Below, piece by piece: positions 1 through 13,950 of a stretch of DNA of 64,000 nucleotides; the stretch's first letter is position 1; each line of letters begins with the position of its first letter. This stretch comes from the human T2T-CHM13v2.0 reference genome, Homo sapiens. The stretch lies in assembly GCF_009914755.1 (NCBI RefSeq), contig NC_060926.1; one strand, given 5' to 3'. The notes under the pieces were generated by a model. It was not told where the DNA came from. It ran no database searches and saw only the letters and a program-made list of their open reading frames with translations. Made by a program: the position numbers and the translations under genes.

Positions 1-169
1 GCTGAGACAGAAAATCAAGTCACATACTCTTACCAAACTCTCTCAGGTGCTCGTCCATTTAGTAATCTTGCACCTCCACATTACATATACTTTTTAAAAA
101 CTTGGTAAAGCTATATTAATTCAGTTTGGGGACTAACAAGTTTATCCAATATTAAAAGTATATATATCT

Positions 170-1075
<906 letters not shown>

Positions 1076-1326
1076 GATATCTGGCTTCTTCTGGCAAATC
1101 AGAAAATCTCTTCAAAAGTTCCCACAAAGTAGTGAATTGAATAAAATATGCCAAACATCTATATTTTGCTTTAATGTTTTCTGAATATACTGTAAACTTA
1201 GTAAGGCAAAAGCATAAATGTTGATTAGTATATTTATCCTAACATTAAATAAACATGACTTGCAAAGAATATTATACAAATTCTTCTGATAAGAGATGCA
1301 TGTTGGCACTTAGGCCTCTTAATTTT

Positions 1327-1492
1327 TTTTTTGTAATACTTCTTTATTTTATTTTTTTAATTTATTATTATTATACTTTAAGTTTTAGGGTACATGTGCA
1401 CAATGTGCAGGTTAGTTACATATGTATACATGTGCCATGCTGGTGTGCTGCACCCACTAACTCGTCATCTAGCATTAGGTATATCTCCCAAT
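1327..1492 (-). mobile_element. Severely 5'-truncated young L1 (L1PA2/PA3-like 3' end)
   Basis: Reverse complement gggagatatacctaatgctagatgacgagttagtgggtgcagc...ccctaaaacttaaagtataat plus A tail. TSD ggcctcttaatttt at 1313-1326 and 1493-1506. Confidence 0.92.
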
Positions 1493-1530
1493 GGCCTCTT
1501 AATTTTAATAAAGTGTTGAAACCTTAAAAA

Positions 1531-1697
1531 TTTTTTTTAAGAGATGAGGGTCTTACCATGTTGCCCAGGCCCAAGTGCAGTGGATATTCACAGGCAGACC
1601 CTAGTGCACTTTAGCCTCTAACTCCTGGCCTCAAGCAATCCTCCTGCCTCAGCTTCCTGCGTAGTTGAGACTACAGGCACATAGCACTCTGTCCAGA
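1531..1697 (-). mobile_element. FAM (fossil Alu monomer)
   Basis: Monomer with 7SL-like tggatattcacaggc segment; degenerate TSD ttgaa(a)ccttaaaa. Confidence 0.8.
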
Positions 1698-2494
1698 TTG
1701 AACCTTAAAATTTAACTTGCCAACCAAGAAATCTATTTGTGCCAATAAACTCTGCTTTTCCATATTTATATCAAACTTCTCAAATTCACTAAAGGCAGGG
1801 AGTTAGGCACCACTAGTTTATTTGTGTAAGCTAATTTTATTTTACTAAAAACACATCAATACCTTGGGATTAATCCAGTCACATTTGGTTTATCAGTCCC
1901 ATATTGAATATCCTTCTCTCTTAAGACATATATTGGAATCTCATAAAAGGCAAATAGGGTTCTACTCAGCTTAAACCGTAAGATAATTTTTATATAAATA
2001 TGCAATACTATATACAAATACATAAAAACACAAGTCCAGAACATTCCTTTAGCTATCAAAGTTCTACATGAACTTATTTGGTTCTCTAGTTCAATCTGTA
2101 TATATAAGCTATATTTTAAACAAAGGTGCAGAGAGCAATTATCTTTCACAATCTGCCTTAGATGATAGAACTTAATTTATAAAGCTACATATTTATTATA
2201 TAATCATGCTCAACTGATTTTAATCTTGATGGACAAAGAATAATATTATGAAAATGACTTATGCAATATCTTCAAATAAAAGTAATAAGCTCATTGTAAA
2301 TGGAGGTAGTCATATACTTAGAGAAAACTTGACCAATAAAAATCTTAATTTAGAAAACAGTGAAGCAAAGAAGTATATGTAATTTCATAGAAGAGAATTC
2401 CAGCAGAGTGTCATCTCGTAGTTTTTCAAGTATTTTCTGAGTGTAAAATGAATTTTTTACTTCATAAACAAGTTTACCATACAATTCCTTTAAT

Positions 2495-2670
2495 GTAATG
2501 ATTCACAAGCCTGGCTGCATATTAGAAACACATGGGGGATCTCAAATATATATAAATCTGTGACAAGGCCCATCTCCAGATCAATTATATCAGAATCTCT
2601 GGGGGTGGGGATGTAAGCATTAACAGGTTGGGAAGCCCTCCAGAAGATTCCAAGGTTAAGAATCACTGCC
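2495..2670. mobile_element. MER5-type hAT-Charlie fossil
   Basis: ctggctgcatattagaa...tcagaatctctgggggtgggg...ggttaagaatcactg. Confidence 0.75.
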
Positions 2671-5074
2671 ATAGAGCTTTTATAAGCTTCACTATTGCCA
2701 GATTATGTCAATTTTGAAGTTCAAATGAAAATAATAACTAACATTCACTGTCTTGTTGGCCCAGTACTTAATATTAAAGATGCTATAAGACTCACTAAAA
2801 CAAACAAAAATTTAAAAAGAAAGAAAATATCTGCTAATATAAGGGAATGGGAAAATATCTGCTAATATAAAGAATGGGAAAAATATACAGATAGCTTGGA
2901 TGAAAAGGTCCCATAAGAAGGCGGCAAGAATATAGAATTCATCATCATCTTAAGCCCCAAAAGCCAAGTAGGAAAATAAAAGGAGAACAATTCATACAAG
3001 TAACAGCAGGTATGTGTATAAGGCAGCTTCTAAAACCTGAAACTGACAATGAAAGACTTGAAAAATAATTGGCTTTACTGCTAACTGAGGCTCTGAATAG
3101 TTACACATTGGCAAGCTAAGCGTATAATACATTATAAACTATCTACCCGGTGTCCAGATGAGCACTCAGGATGAGAGGTAACAAGGACAGTTGTGAGAAC
3201 TCCCAGCTATCCTCCTGTCAACAATGACAGAGAATCTGAAACGGATCTCTCCTTTCCAAGAGTCTTCTGCCCCTCCCAAAAATCTCTTACAAGGGCTGGC
3301 TGGCAAGTTTACTATAACTAGAGTAGGCATATGGAAAGGTGGTAGCAGGACCTCCACCCCTCCGAAAAAATTTCTACAAGGACATGTGACTACCTGGGTA
3401 AGGCTCTCTACCCATGAATCCCTTGCTAGGTAATCCTTACCATGGTCTATTGCTTCTTGAGGCTCTACCTCACCTATATCCAGAGCGAGCCAGGATGACA
3501 GGAGGGAAACTGGACCTAGCAATGGAACCTACTGACCCAGCTATCCAGGAGATCTGAGCTGTAATATGCTGTATTACACTAGGATAAATGAATATCCACA
3601 AAGTTCCATTTCAACATCATGTCTAAGGAATGATTAACAAGCAGATTTGAACATACAGATACTTATTAGGAAATAGAAAAGCTTCCAGAAAGGGTTGATG
3701 TAGACTTCTATTAGCTGCTTAGATGGAGGAATATCTCCTGGTACTTGGGCAGTAACTCCGCAAAGAACCAGATCGGCCCAGTCCAGAAAAACTCCAAACT
3801 TTCAGGAAGATTACTATGAATACTTCAGGCACAGCTTAGAAAAGCTTAAAAAAGAAAGCCTGCGTTTCAGAAACTGTGTTATCTATAAGAATACAGGACC
3901 AACAAGGGAAACACCATTACCACAATGTCTTTTCTCCTCTCAGTTTTTAACCCTGAAAACTTTCCTTTTGGGATCACAAACAAATAATAGAGAGTACTGA
4001 GTTCTTTTCCACCCTCAGTAATTTGTGTCCTAGAGTGAAAGGAGGATAAGAAAAAGGAAAAGAGAAAGAGTAATTCAAGCAAGAGAATCTAACAAGCAAG
4101 ATAAACTATCCAAAGAGGTCAGAGTCTGAAAACTGGCACTACTGGTGGGACTGATGAATAATCCATTACTCACACACAAATCTCTTGTTCAGTGTCAGGT
4201 GCAATACTTTGTGGAGCAGGTCAACATAAAAGTAATGGTACTTCTACTAAGTTATCTAAACTATAATTATAAAAGTTTTAGATTCATGGGGCCCCAAAAT
4301 AAAGTCTGGTATAATTACAAATCAAGGCCTTCTGAAAAATGCTTAGATGGTCGTCAAAGAGAGATTAGGTGGCTGCAAAGAAGAGCTAAATGGTTTTGAG
4401 AACAAAAAACTTGAGGTTTCCTGTGTAAAATATAGCCTGATACATTAAAGAGAAGTACAAAACTTGAAGAAATAGGCTCCAGAAAAAGTTTATTAGGCAA
4501 CAGATCAACAGCTGATTTAGTAATGAAAGTTAGGCTTCAAACAACTACGACAGTGAGGAGGTTAAAAAAAAAATCTAAACAATTATATCTAGAAAGAATA
4601 TTAATTCCAAGTTTTGGGTGAAAACTAAGAGTTGGAAAGGTGTTTCTTTGAAGAGAAAAGCAGTGGTCTCCCTAAAAAAATTTCATTTGAATTTCACATA
4701 TACTAGAGGTCCAGAAAGTTCTAAGGTATTAAGGGTTTTTGAATGTGTGTCTGCTTGTGTATAAGGGATTAATATGACTTCGGAAAATTTGATGTATTTT
4801 TCAATCAATGCACTAAAACATTAGGAATCAAATTAGATCTAGGATTCATTATAATCTTCCTACCATGAGAAGTAATCTAAATTGAATAACCAAAAAACTT
4901 TAAAATAAGAAAATGAGAAGGGACAAAGTGGGTAAGAGTTATACTAAAGGTATGATTACTTTTAAAAAGAAGGAACTTAAACGTTTTAAAAACGGAGGTT
5001 CAAAAGAGATCATGTTGTTTCAAAATGGAGGTAGAGACGTTTTGAAATAAAAATAACAGCACTACGTAAGTTAC

Positions 5075-5365
5075 TTATTTATTTATTTAGAGTCTCCCTC
5101 TGTCGCCCAGGCTGGAGTGCAAGTGGCATGATCTCAGCTTGCCACAACCTCCACCTCCCGGTTCAAGTGATTCTTGTGCCTCAGTTTCCCGATTAGCTGG
5201 GATTACAGTCATGCGCCACCATGCCCAGCTAATTTTTGTATTTTTAGCAGAGATGGGGTTTCGTCATGTTGGCCAGGCTGGTCTCGAACTCCTGGCCTCA
5301 AGCAATCTACCCGCCTTGGCCTCCCAAAGTGTTGTGATCACAGATGTGAGCCACAACGCCTGGCC
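5075..5365 (-). mobile_element. AluS
   Basis: Full dimer, antisense. Confidence 0.93.
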
Positions 5366-6924
5366 TATCTATCTGATTTCAAATATGGGCTATTATACAG
5401 CCTCATAAATAGAACTTCCATCACAAGTTCAGCAGGTTCCTTGAAATGGAAGTTGGCTTTGACATTTTCTTATCCTCTTTAAATTTTCTATTTCACTTAA
5501 TTTTTAGTCACAGTGACTTCTTACTTTCTTGCCAGATCAGCAAAGTCAAACTAACAACATTTAAACTACTTATCTAATTACTGAATTTGTATTCGGTAAG
5601 TTATTCAGAGTATTTAGTTTGTTACAATTATATGCTCTATAGATTATTGAAATTTTGCTTTTAACCAAGTGGAAACTTATTTCCCAAAAGATTTCTCCAA
5701 GTCTAACTTTTGTTAATGATTTAAACACCCTATAATCTCATTCCCAGTTCCTACTTAAGATTCAAATTCATATTAAGGCAAATTGCCTCAGAGGTTTGCC
5801 AAAAATAAAAAAAAAATTCCATGAGCTATCCATGTCAGTTTCTTCAAAATTGCTGGCTATTTCAATCTCCCTATGCATTACATACTCTCATGTATACCCC
5901 CTGACCAGAAATTTAAAGAAAACTTCCAATTAGTTTTCCTTTTATTTCCAGAAATTACTCTCCGATGTCCTAAATAATATTGTCATCAGGATGACCCATT
6001 ATATCTGTTATTACCATTTATTTCCTTATTGAATCCACAAGTGGTAATTCATTACTGTTTGTGGGTTTGTGATATTATATATCCCTCTTAGGGAAACTTG
6101 TAATTAGGTCAAAGTTTCCCTGTTTTAATATTGCTCCCCATTTCCTCACTCTTATAACCTTATCAAGCCAGTGAAATAATCCCTGCCTTTTGGCTTAGTG
6201 GTCCCTCACTGATCTATGAAAAGATAGGTAAACATTGTTCTCCTAATCCATATTGAATTCCAGAATTTATACTTGTAAGAGTGATCTCAAAAATGCTGAA
6301 TGAAATCATTATAGTCCTCTCTCTCACTTATAAAATATAAAATATTAACATATATCAAAGAAAATAAATTGACTAAAAAGAATATATTGGAAACACTTTC
6401 CAGTCAGATATAATTCAGTGATTTTATATTATAATGCAAAAAAGGCAACTAATAGATATCTTAAAAATGGGCAGAAATACACTTTTAATTCTAATTACTT
6501 GTGGAAACATCCTTTTATAACATTGTTCCTAGGGACTAAGAAATTCAAACTCAACGACCACTTCTAGAAAATATTACAAAACTGGGGTTACATACAACCA
6601 GAAGGCTTAATTATTTTTTAAAAGTTCACTTTAAGAGGTGGCTATTTACACATACATATGTTTTCACACATAACACATATGGCTTTTTTCCTCTCTTTTA
6701 AGAAAAATACCCTGTATGTGCTGAAGCCAGTATTCATTCAGCCTAATCTTTTACATTCACTATACAGTGTAACAGAATAAAATCAATGCTTGATTCAGCT
6801 ATCTGGAAACAGTTTTGTGGTTCCTCCAAAAAGTTAATGTAAAATTACTACATGAATTGAAAACAGGGACTTGAAAACATACTTGTACACCTATATCCCT
6901 CAAAAGATGAATGAATAAACAAAT

Positions 6925-7152
6925 GTGATATACATATATACATATTTAATATGTATTTGCATATATGTACAAACATATGTATATATGTACATTTGTATAT
7001 ATGTACAAATATATGGATATGTATACACAAATATATGTATATATGTACATGTATATATGAGCAACTGTGTATATATGTACATTTATACATACTAGTGTGT
7101 ATGTATAAATGTACATTTGTATGTATATATGTACACATATACATATATCTAT
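6925..7152. repeat. Degenerate (TA/TG/CA)n low-complexity tract
   Basis: About 230 bp of mostly alternating purine-pyrimidine (tatatgtaca..., catatata...). Confidence 0.9.
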
Positions 7153-7369
7153 AAAATGGAACTATAAAAGGAAATGAAGTTGTGCTACATGCTATAACAT
7201 AGATGAACCCTGAAAACTCTAAAGTGAGATAAGCCCAACCCAAAAAAGGACAAATATTGTATGATTCCACTTATGAAAAATATGTAGAAGAGGAAAATTT
7301 GCAGAGATGGAAAGTAGATTAGAGGTTACTAGGAGATGGGGGATGGTGAGGGAAATGGGAAGTTACTGC

Positions 7370-7662
7370 TTTTTTTTATTTTTAAATTTTTTTTGAGACA
7401 GGGTCTCACTCTGTCACCCAGGCTGGAGTGCAGTGGTGCGATCACAGTTTACTGCAGCCTCAACCTCCTGTGTTCGAGGCCTGAGTAGCTGGGACCACAG
7501 GCGTGTGCCACCATGCCCAGCTATTTTATTTTATTTTTGTAGAGCAAAGGTCTCACTACATTGCCCAGGCTGGCCTTGAACTCCTGGTCTCAAGTGATCC
7601 TTGAGACCCCGTCTCAGCCTTCCAAAGTGCTGGGATTCAGGCATGAGCCACTGCATCTGACC
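7370..7662 (-). mobile_element. AluJ inside L1MB
   Basis: J-type gagacagggtctcactctgtc / ttgcccaggctgg. Confidence 0.9.
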
Positions 7663-8394
7663 AGGAGTTATTATTACTTAATGGTTACAGAGTTTCTGTT
7701 TGGGATGATGAAAAAATTTTGGAAATACACTAATGATGGTTGTACAGCGCTGTGAATGTAATTAAGACCACTGGATTGTGTAGATAAAAATGGTTAAAAT
7801 GACAAATTTTATGTTATAGATATTTTACTGCAATGTAAAAAAAATGTAATATACCAAAATCCATTAAACTATATACTTTAAATGGGTGAACTGTATGGTA
7901 TGTGAATTATATCTCAAAAAAGCTATTTGTAAAAATTAATGTTTGAAGTCCTTCTTCAGTGCTTGAAGATACTGTTCTAGTTCCTTTTCCTTAAAGGAGC
8001 TTTCCTGGTCATTCCAATGACCGCTCTCTTACTGTCAACTCATAATATTTTACTTACATATCACTCATTAAGCAATTAATCTTATGCTCCTTTTGACATC
8101 TCTGGTTTTTTTAATTACTGTAACACATTTAATATTTGATTACACTTTGCTTATAAAACTAGACTGGTTGCTCAAATTATCAAATCAAGACTCATTTAAT
8201 ATTTGTTTATACTTTATTTACCAAACTAGATTAGTAATAGCGCAGATTGTCAAATCAGGACCCAGTAGCCCTCTATGTCTTCAAATCATCAAAAAATATT
8301 CAATTTTATACTTGCACAAATACATCAAATTTTAATAATGTTAAGACAAACTATTCCAGAAAAAATTAATCAGAATACTCATTCTCTGGACATT

Positions 8395-8699
<305 letters not shown>

Positions 8700-9606
8700 T
8701 CTCTGGACATTGCAATTTATAAAGGATGTAACAGATTTAGTTCAGTATAATTATTTAAAAATAGGCAATAATAAAATACTTTGAACAGAAATTTTTTTCT
8801 GATCAACCAGTCATTTCTTTTTCCCCAACTGAATCAAAGACATTGTCCAAATAAAACAAATTTTAAAACTAAGTGATACACAAACATTTAACACATACAC
8901 TACTATTTTTATGACTAAGTAGAAATGCTCAGGAAATATAATTTTAATCATAAGTGGAATTAATTAAAATATGAAATTACATAGATAACTTAGTTAAAAT
9001 AAAGAATGTTGTAGGGGTCAAACAACATTTTTGTTTACTTAAATAATCTGTTTAATGATTACAGTGACCATAAAATAAGTTATACCTAAAGAAGTCTTTA
9101 AGTCATGATAATAAAATAAAAGGAAAACTTCAGAGAAAGGTATAGGAAGAATGAATACATCTTTTTTGTTCCTTTGAAAAAATAGCATAAAATTTTGAGA
9201 AATGTATCAAAACAGCAGACTTGGTGTAAAGTCATGTATTTATAGAACAGAAATATATAGACAATGTAAAGTTTCTACCTATTCCCTCAGTATATACTTA
9301 AAATGATCATTCAGACTCATATCCTATTTTAATCTACACCAGGTTTTTAAAAAAACTGGTATTTCTGTATGTTTGACATGGCTTTGTAAAAATATTTCTT
9401 TCTTGCAGTTTGTCTGAATGACTTGCTCTTAAGTATCTTTAAAAACATCATAAATGTAAACAGTATTAACTCACATGAAATAACTTCTATTTCGATCCAG
9501 AAGGCAAAAGGTTTAAGTTTTTAAAATATGGCATTGTCACCTCAAAAGTAAGTATGTTTCAAAGAAAAACCATATTTTTATTCCCTACTGAAGTTGAACC
9601 ACTTAC

Positions 9607-9695
9607 GTTCACTTTTACAATGAAAATACCCAGCGGCATCTTAGAGATTACTGGTTTTCCAGTAAGAAACATAGCTATTTAGCAAATTCACTTGC
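9607..9695 (-). other. 89-nt candidate alternative non-coding exon of the same minus-strand gene
   Basis: Acceptor tctttatttcttttccttttttggctgttttttag|GCAAGTG...; donor ...GTGAAC|gtaagt. Stops in all three through-frames; non-repetitive context. Confidence 0.65.
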
Positions 9696-10179
9696 CTAAA
9701 AAACAGCCAAAAAAGGAAAAGAAATAAAGACGGTCTCTAAGCTGATAAAATGTGTGGATTAAAACTCATTCTTCATTATTTAGAATGTCTTTGTGCCCTT
9801 AATCTTTGAAGTTTTATAATTTACACATGATTCCAACAAGCTTGGGTTCATTCCCAAGGTCACAGTATAGTACAAACAAAAAGATGATGATAATAGCAGC
9901 TGTAATTTTCTAAGCACTTATTAAGCACTATACACAGGGATGGGAACCAGGAGTAGAGGGAGTGTCTCTAATAGGTAACTATACTGAAAGCTCTGTAGTT
10001 ATTCAAAGAACAACAACAAATGGTTTGACTCCTTGATCAAGAATCTAAAAGCCTTATGTCCCAAGGGTATGACTGTGTTACACTACAGAATGATAACTAA
10101 CATTTAAAAAAGACAACTCCTTGTGACCTCAAACAGAAGTCTAAAAAATTTTTAATTTTAACATCATACATTTTTAAAA

Positions 10180-10395
10180 TAAGGAGCATGATCAATGGAA
10201 TCTAAAGACCTGGATTTGAATCCAGGCCTATCACCTAATCTATCAATGACCTTAGGGAATATTAATCTCCCTCATACTCAGTTTCTCCAAATGTAAAGCA
10301 GAAATACTATTTACATGACAGTACTAAAGTGAGAATCAACATATGTAAAAGCAGATAGTACAATTCATGAAAACAGCAGTCAATGAAATACTCTT
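10180..10395 (+). mobile_element. MIR
   Basis: gacctggatttgaatcc...gaccttaggg...ctcagtttctccaaatgtaaa MIR core. Confidence 0.75.
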
Positions 10396-10629
10396 AAAAC
10401 TTGACTACCCAGAATAATTTTGTTCTTTGAAATATTTTTGTTACTTTTTAAATGTTTTTACTTATTAGATGTTTAGCTGTTACTTTCATTAGTAAATATG
10501 TAAAGTAGATAATGCCAAGATTCATTCAAGTATGTAGCAAATGCTCTCAAATTTCACTATAAACTACCTGTTTGACTAAGTAAGTCCAATTCATTCTTCA
10601 GTCTCAATTTGGGTTGTACCCACTCTGTA

Positions 10630-11720
10630 AAGCCTTCTCACATCTCCACTTGCATATCTAATGAACATTTTGGTCTACCACATCCAAAGTCAAAGTCCTG
10701 ATTCTTCATCCTCATCCCACACCTTCTCCACCTGAAATTCTTCCCTATGTCACAGGTGATGGCAACACCATCCTTCCAGCTGCCAAAACCCTTAAAATCA
10801 TCTTTTCTCCTCTTTCCTTGTATCTCACATCCAGCCCATCCAGAAATCTTTTTGGTTGTACCTCAAAAACATCCAGAATTTAACTGCTACTAGGCCACTA
10901 CCTTCTCTCATTTAGATTACTCTAAGAACCTTCTAACTGGTGGTCCATGACTCCTTACATATAGTCTATTCTAAACATAGCAGCTGGAGTGATCCTTTTT
11001 AAAAATACTGAAAGCCCTGGAGTGGCTCCTCAAAGTCCCCACTGAGGCCCTACATGAATAACCCACTCACTCATTTCCTTTGACAATACCTCCTCTTACT
11101 CTCTCTCTCCATACCCGTACTCACAATGACAACCATTCATTTCCCTGAGCAAACCAGTCATGCTCCTGCCTCATGCCCTCTGCCTGGAAGACTTTCCAAA
11201 GGTATCCACATAGCTAACTTCCTTAATCTTTCCTCAACATCATCTTTTTTGTGAATCCTTCCTCAGCCCCTGAATCCCATCATCACCTAACCTTCACATC
11301 CTGCTCCTTTTTCTTTACTTCATAACATTTGTCATCTTCTAAAATGCTATGCAGTTTATTTATTATTATTAATCTCCACTCCTACTACATGTGCCACAAA
11401 AGCAGAGACCTTTGAAAGTTTCATTTGCTGATATTTCCCATGTACCTAGAACACCACACAAATATGCAAATTAAATACGGAAATAAAACAATACATTGGA
11501 TATCTCTCCTTTGCGTCACCTTTAGCATTCTGTACTGACCTATATTTTATCAGTTATCACATTGTACTGTTAACAGCCTATTAATTTTCTGCCTCTTCCA
11601 CTAGACTGCAGGCTCCTTGAGACAAGGGATTTTGTACTGCTTTATAATGCTATTGCCTGTAATTCCTTAAAGTGCCTGATACTTAGGCATTCCATAATAT
11701 TTGATAAATTAATGAAAAAA
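10630..11720 (+). mobile_element. L2 fragments
   Basis: ggcaacaccatccttccagc...tgccctctgcctggaagact...cactagactgcaggctccttgag. Confidence 0.75.
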
Positions 11721-11774
11721 ATAAAACCATCCAAATCAAGTGTGTAAGCACCTTTACTATCTCCAAAATATAAA

Positions 11775-12030
11775 CACAATGGTTAAGGGTATGACACTGG
11801 AGACTGTTCTGGATTCTGAATTGTGTTAGTGTTTTCAGTCTGGCTCTGGTATTTACTGGCTAAGGACCTTAATCAAATTATTTAAATTCTCTACAATTAC
11901 TTTCTCATTGATAAAAATGGAAGTAATAATGGTACCTCCACCTCATGTGATTATCATGAATAGTAAATGACAAAAGAATTAGCCCAGAGGTTTGCATATA
12001 GTAAGTATTCAATAAATGACATAAATTACT
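11775..12030 (+). mobile_element. MIR
   Basis: tggttaagggtatgacactggag...aaaatggaagtaataatggtacc...catatagtaagtattcaataaatg. Confidence 0.75.
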
Positions 12031-13399
12031 TATTATAAATTAAAATAGAGGCACTATTATAACTTTTACTTTGATAACTTGACTAAGCTAGAATACTCAC
12101 AAACTTAACCTTTAGAATCTCCTCAGAATATGCCAGTAATTTATATCAAAAATTACTGAGTTACCTAAAATAACCCTGATAAGCATTATGTGAAAGAAAC
12201 TACCTTAATTCTTTCAACAAAAGAAGGAGTCTATTTACATTATCCCATTTTTTAACATTCCTAGATGTTAGGTTCTATAACATTCTTCAGTAACTACTTT
12301 TGATTTTTCATAATCTTATGTTTTCTTTTTATATAATCAACATACCTAATACTACAGTTTAAAAATTAAACATCTTACTACATAGATCACCTGCACTTAT
12401 ATGTCCATAATACATATATACATACATTCTTCCCTCTACTCTGAACAATTTTACTTCCAGAAATAAGACTTTTGAGAAAAAGTTAAATAATTTTAAGTAT
12501 ATTTGTCACTCTTTACTAAATCACCTTTAAGCTTTCTACTTCCCATTTCAGTCGTGTATCCAACAACATGTATATTCCTATTTATATTCCTTTGGTAATA
12601 TTATATTAAAGATTGAGCAAAACTAAGAGTTCTGTTCCAAATTAAAAAGCCAATGTAATGGTGTTTCTTTTAAAGCCATAAATTTTATTTATCTGTCTAT
12701 TGTTACTGCAAATGTTTTCCTATGTGCAGAGTCAGTTCTCCATTTTATAAAATACTTGTGAAATTCATTTCCTTTGTAGTTTGTAACACTATACAGAAAT
12801 AAACAAACATACACATTTTACTTAAGCACTCACACAGACAGTAGACAAGACAACTGAGGTAAGCAGTTTAAATGATTGTCCCAAGACCACAGATGGAGTG
12901 ACGGCCAGATTTAGGATTAAAACTAAGAAGCTCATTATTCCCTTCTTATATTCTGAATACTTAACATTGTTTTTATATCATAAGGATCTCTTTGCTAATT
13001 TAAGAATAAGTTAATTTCATAATTAAAATTGAGATATTTTGAGAATATGTAAATAGAATTATGAAACTTACTAAATCAAGATAAAATTAGAGTTTATCCA
13101 AAGTCTCTGAAAAAAATAATCTTTTTACTACATAAGTTATTTTTAAAATTTTGTTTAGAGTGGCAAGAAAGTGGCAGCTTAATATCATTTATCATTTCAA
13201 TGTCTTTATTTAATAAAGCTAATTTCTTTAACCAAAACCTACAGTATGTGTATGAGCTGGTTGGATTTAAGATACCAAACAGAAATACTTTTTCATTTTA
13301 AAAAATCCTCCAAACTTAAACAGTAGTTTCTACTCTAATTGTAAACTTTAACTTCAGGATATATTTATAAGAGATCTATCTATGAAAAAACAATGTTAA

Positions 13400-13950
13400 A
13401 AAGTAAAGAAAACACCAAATACCCTTGCATTTACAGGAGAAAAAGACATAGAGTATAACATTAACAGCTTACTGTGGAGAGTGGGTTTAATCAGGAAGTA
13501 GCCATTATCCTTTCGATTCAGAGCAGTGACAGCACTCCAAAACAACAAGCCGTGATATTTTTCAGTTAAAAGGCATGAAAGAATACCTACTATTGTGTCC
13601 TAGCTTTGCTGACCCCAAGGGTCAGCATATGTCTTTTATCAAAAGCTATCATGAAAACATAATCCAAGTAAGCATTTACAATGCTCTATTTGTTGAAACA
13701 CCTAAAATCTACCTAACACAACCTCTCTCTCTCTCAGTTACTCACAAAACATGGCTGTCTTATTCAGAGATTAGCAATTATTGTAATGAGATACTGTCGG
13801 AGAGGGTCAAATAGTACTTCCTGCAGTTTACACATCTTGATTTCCTGGTAAACAAACTGAAAGGCAGGTGGAGCACTTAGATCACCAGCAAACGTGAATG
13901 CTCACGTGATAAAACTAAGCCAGGTAAGGTTGATGTCTCAAGTAATCGTT
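13400..13950. promoter_or_regulatory. Candidate enhancer or internal alternative promoter
   Basis: Repeat-free segment with ETS (CAGGAAGT 13492, ACTTCCTG 13816), forkhead (GTAAACAAA 13848), E-boxes (CAGGTG 13865, TCACGTGA 13902) and GATA (TGATAA 13907). Minus-strand donor ACA|GTAAGC at 13467-13472. Confidence 0.4.

Larger units (their letters stand above)
6800..7935 (+). mobile_element. L1MB-type 3' end, interrupted by a simple repeat and an AluJ
   Basis: aaaggaaatgaagt...gatgaaccctgaaaac...aaaggacaaatattgtatgattccactta...gtatgtgaattatatctca. Confidence 0.85.

Noticed and set aside
1856-2149. 97-aa minus ORF ending near an AAG|GTATTG donor
   Set aside because: Weak donor, no good acceptor, no recognisable protein
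6848-7270. 140-aa Y/I/H/C-rich ORF
   Set aside because: Artefact of the TA/CA low-complexity tract
12101-12164. Possible 64-nt minus exon (tag|...TTT|gtgagt)
   Set aside because: Poor pyrimidine tract and weak exonic donor positions
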